Below are positions 61,535 through 64,000 of a DNA stretch of 64,000 nt, piece by piece. This DNA is from Raillietiella orientalis (Eukaryota): assembly GCA_036172245.1 (NCBI GenBank), contig JAYWIR010000073.1, positions 310,001-374,000 of the forward strand, given 5' to 3'. The position numbers were made by a program, and so were the translations under genes. Within the stretch, counting starts at the first letter, position 1. Every line of letters starts with the position of its first letter. Under the pieces are notes generated by a model, which was given only the letters and a program-made list of their open reading frames with translations, was not told where the DNA came from and did no database searches.

Positions 61535-64000
61535 GTTGCTTGCGTCACTGGCATTTCGATCTCACGGCAGATTAGAAAAACAAGGAAAAAAAGGAAACAC
61601 GCGGCAGCCCAGCTCGTGTAGCTGGATGCAGTTTCCCTCGAGTAGTGTAGATGTATCTCGTGGGAAGACAGACCAGAAAGCGATGACGGACTTTACATTC
61701 CCTTTACGGTGACCGCCGTATGAAGCATCTTGCGGAACAAAAAAGAAGGCCACCCTCTTTCTCGCTGCCTCACAAGAAGTTGCGGTGTTGGCTTCTCGGT
61801 CGGTTCGTGGGTCGGTAACGGGTGTCAAGGAAACGCCTCTTCGCTAGGACAACTGAAGACCTTTCCCGCCATTCCACGGCGGCGAAATTTCAAGCGCACG
61901 CTCTCTGCATCCCACACTTACTGGCCATCGTGATAGGACACACTTTCCTTTTCTTCGCTCAAGGTCACAGGACGAACTGCCGCCAACTTTCCGGAAGGCT
62001 AAGAGGAATTTGCATGCAAAAGAACTGCAGCTGCAGGAACCGGATTTAGGAAACAATTTTTCGACCCCAGCGGATTCGCGGGACTTCCGTGCGAACGGTC
62101 TTTTTATCGATCGCGAAGGGCACTTTCTCGGGTCACGTGCTCAGCGCTCCAGCGAACTCGGAACGCGTGCCCGCGAGGGCCTTCACGCGGCGCGCAATGC
62201 GGCGCATCTCCGTTTCCCTTCCAGACTTGCAAAAGATACGAGCAGAATCTTCGTTTGGGTGCAACCTGCGCAGTCAAAGGTGCTCTTCGAGCGAGCAAAG
62301 AACCTTTTTCGGACTGCCACAGAATTTCTCCCGAGGAAGGCAAGGAGATTCCCGCAAAGACCAACTGCGGCGATGGAAACGGAGCAGTCAGCGCCCCATT
62401 CCAACTGTGCTGGCGCGAGCCAGCACCAGAGAGGACCCTGCTGCTCGCACGTGCGCTCATGGGATCGTGCTGGACAGCAGTCATTCGAGGTGCGTGTTTT
62501 CCCCTCAGGACTCGCATCTTCCTGAATAAGGGAACATGGGAAATCCGGGAAGACTGACGTGAGTTTGCAAGAGGTTTACCCGAGAAACGCCTGCAAACAA
62601 CCCAAGGGTGCCATGGTTCTCTTGCCGTCGTGTTGTTTACGGCCACACGAGTTTCCTCTTCTTATTCAGGATGATTTTCCTGATCCCAATGTCTGCTGGC
62701 TTCAGCAACTGTATCATTTTATGTTTGACACCTTCCGTGTTCGAGGCCAAGCACAAGCAATCGGATTCGCCCGTTTTTCTCAATGGCTCCTCTGGAAGCA
62801 TCATGTTCGGAAGAGTCTTTGAGGTTCTTCTATTTAAAATAGGAAAGAAAGTTCGTCTGAAGGTTGCACGATATCAGCCCTATAATTCCTTAAGGACCTG
62901 ACTCTGTTTTAGGAAAACAGCGAGGTGACCCGTCCTTATTTAGCGGCTATAAGAGAGCCGCAGGCTCCATTCGCTTTCATCATCCGCTATTATCCTTCAA
63001 GCACTCCATGAGTCTTGAAAAGACAAAAAAAAGGAGAGAGAATTTGGTTGCACACACCCCATGGCAATGAGAATGATTTAAGGAGTTCATCTCGGATGAA
63101 TAAGGATTCATCCAGGGATTCACTTCATTCTGGAGGCTTCAGAAAGTCTTACACACCCAGAGCACCATGCACTCTGACCACAGGCAGACTATGGTCCACG
63201 GGCAAAGCAAGATGCGCCAACAGCCGCTTTAGGTGATCACCAGTGCTGTCAATCAACTTTCGGTTGCAGCGACAAAAAATAAGGCGCAAAGAGGATACTC
63301 AGCAGCTGGAAGCAGCGCTTGTGCTTCATGTCTTCATCATGCTTCATGTCTTCGCATCTTGTGGAATCCTCAAGATGAGGCAATGCGATTCCCTCCTTTC
63401 GTCCTTCTTGATCTCTCCCTTCAAAACAAACTAGGACGCAGCTCTAGGTTTCTTGCAGCACCTTTGGCACGGAGGAGATGCGCTTCCAGGCGCCAAGATT
63501 CACCACAGTTTTCGAAGAAGCCAAGGAACATTTGGCGAAAGACAGGAAGCGAGAGTTGCTCCGATCATATCACAGAAAAGGGTGATGCCTGTAGCTAAAG
63601 TGTCATGCCAACAAACATTGAGACACAGCAGGCAACTTAGATATGTGACAAGCGAGTACATGTGGTACGTTGGTATTCTCCCGAGATATCAGTGAAGATC
63701 CAGAATGAAGGAGTGGGCATTTCCCTGGAAACGAATATTCTCTGGCCGCACAATACGACTGATAAATTCACGAGTTCGAAGTAAACCACTACGGTTCCGT
63801 CTCCGACAAGAATGGCATCTTCCTCTTCTCTCCAGAACGCCTTCCGCTTCCCTAAGAGCACAGAAAAAGAGATCGCAGCACATCAGCTTTCCTCGGAGCG
63901 CCGGTCTTCGGTTGACATCCACAGTGAAAGCTCCGTTTCTCTGAAGAGGGTCCATCACTGAAAATAAAGGTCACTCCAGGAAGTCAAAATCTCCTCGTCT

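Overview
This window is eukaryotic genomic DNA from an animal. It has short GT-AG introns, often with TTTCAG-like acceptors, which is compatible with a nematode-like invertebrate, but the taxon cannot be fixed from sequence alone. Most ORFs in the supplied track are spurious. Supported content: (1) a + strand gene (~2.2-11.0 kb) built from at least 16 symmetric phase-1 exons, each encoding one small Cys-rich module, followed by an EGF exon and a transmembrane exon; several modules carry stops or Cys losses; (2) three intronless ankyrin-repeat genes with a C-terminal PRANC/F-box-like domain, two intact (31138-33117 +, 59120-61534 -) and one pseudogene (~19.0-20.8 kb -); (3) an AT-richer island with a complete 9-exon GTF2H4/TFIIH p52 gene and a convergent CMTR2-like gene whose 5' part looks degenerate; (4) a probable secreted VWA-like gene; (5) many decayed copies of an L1/Tx1-like non-LTR retrotransposon with a shared junction repeat of several hundred bp; (6) three short perfect inverted-repeat structures, two of them interlocked double hairpins. 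All alignments were done by eye and no database searches were run. Long homopolymers are common, so single frameshifts could be sequencing errors.
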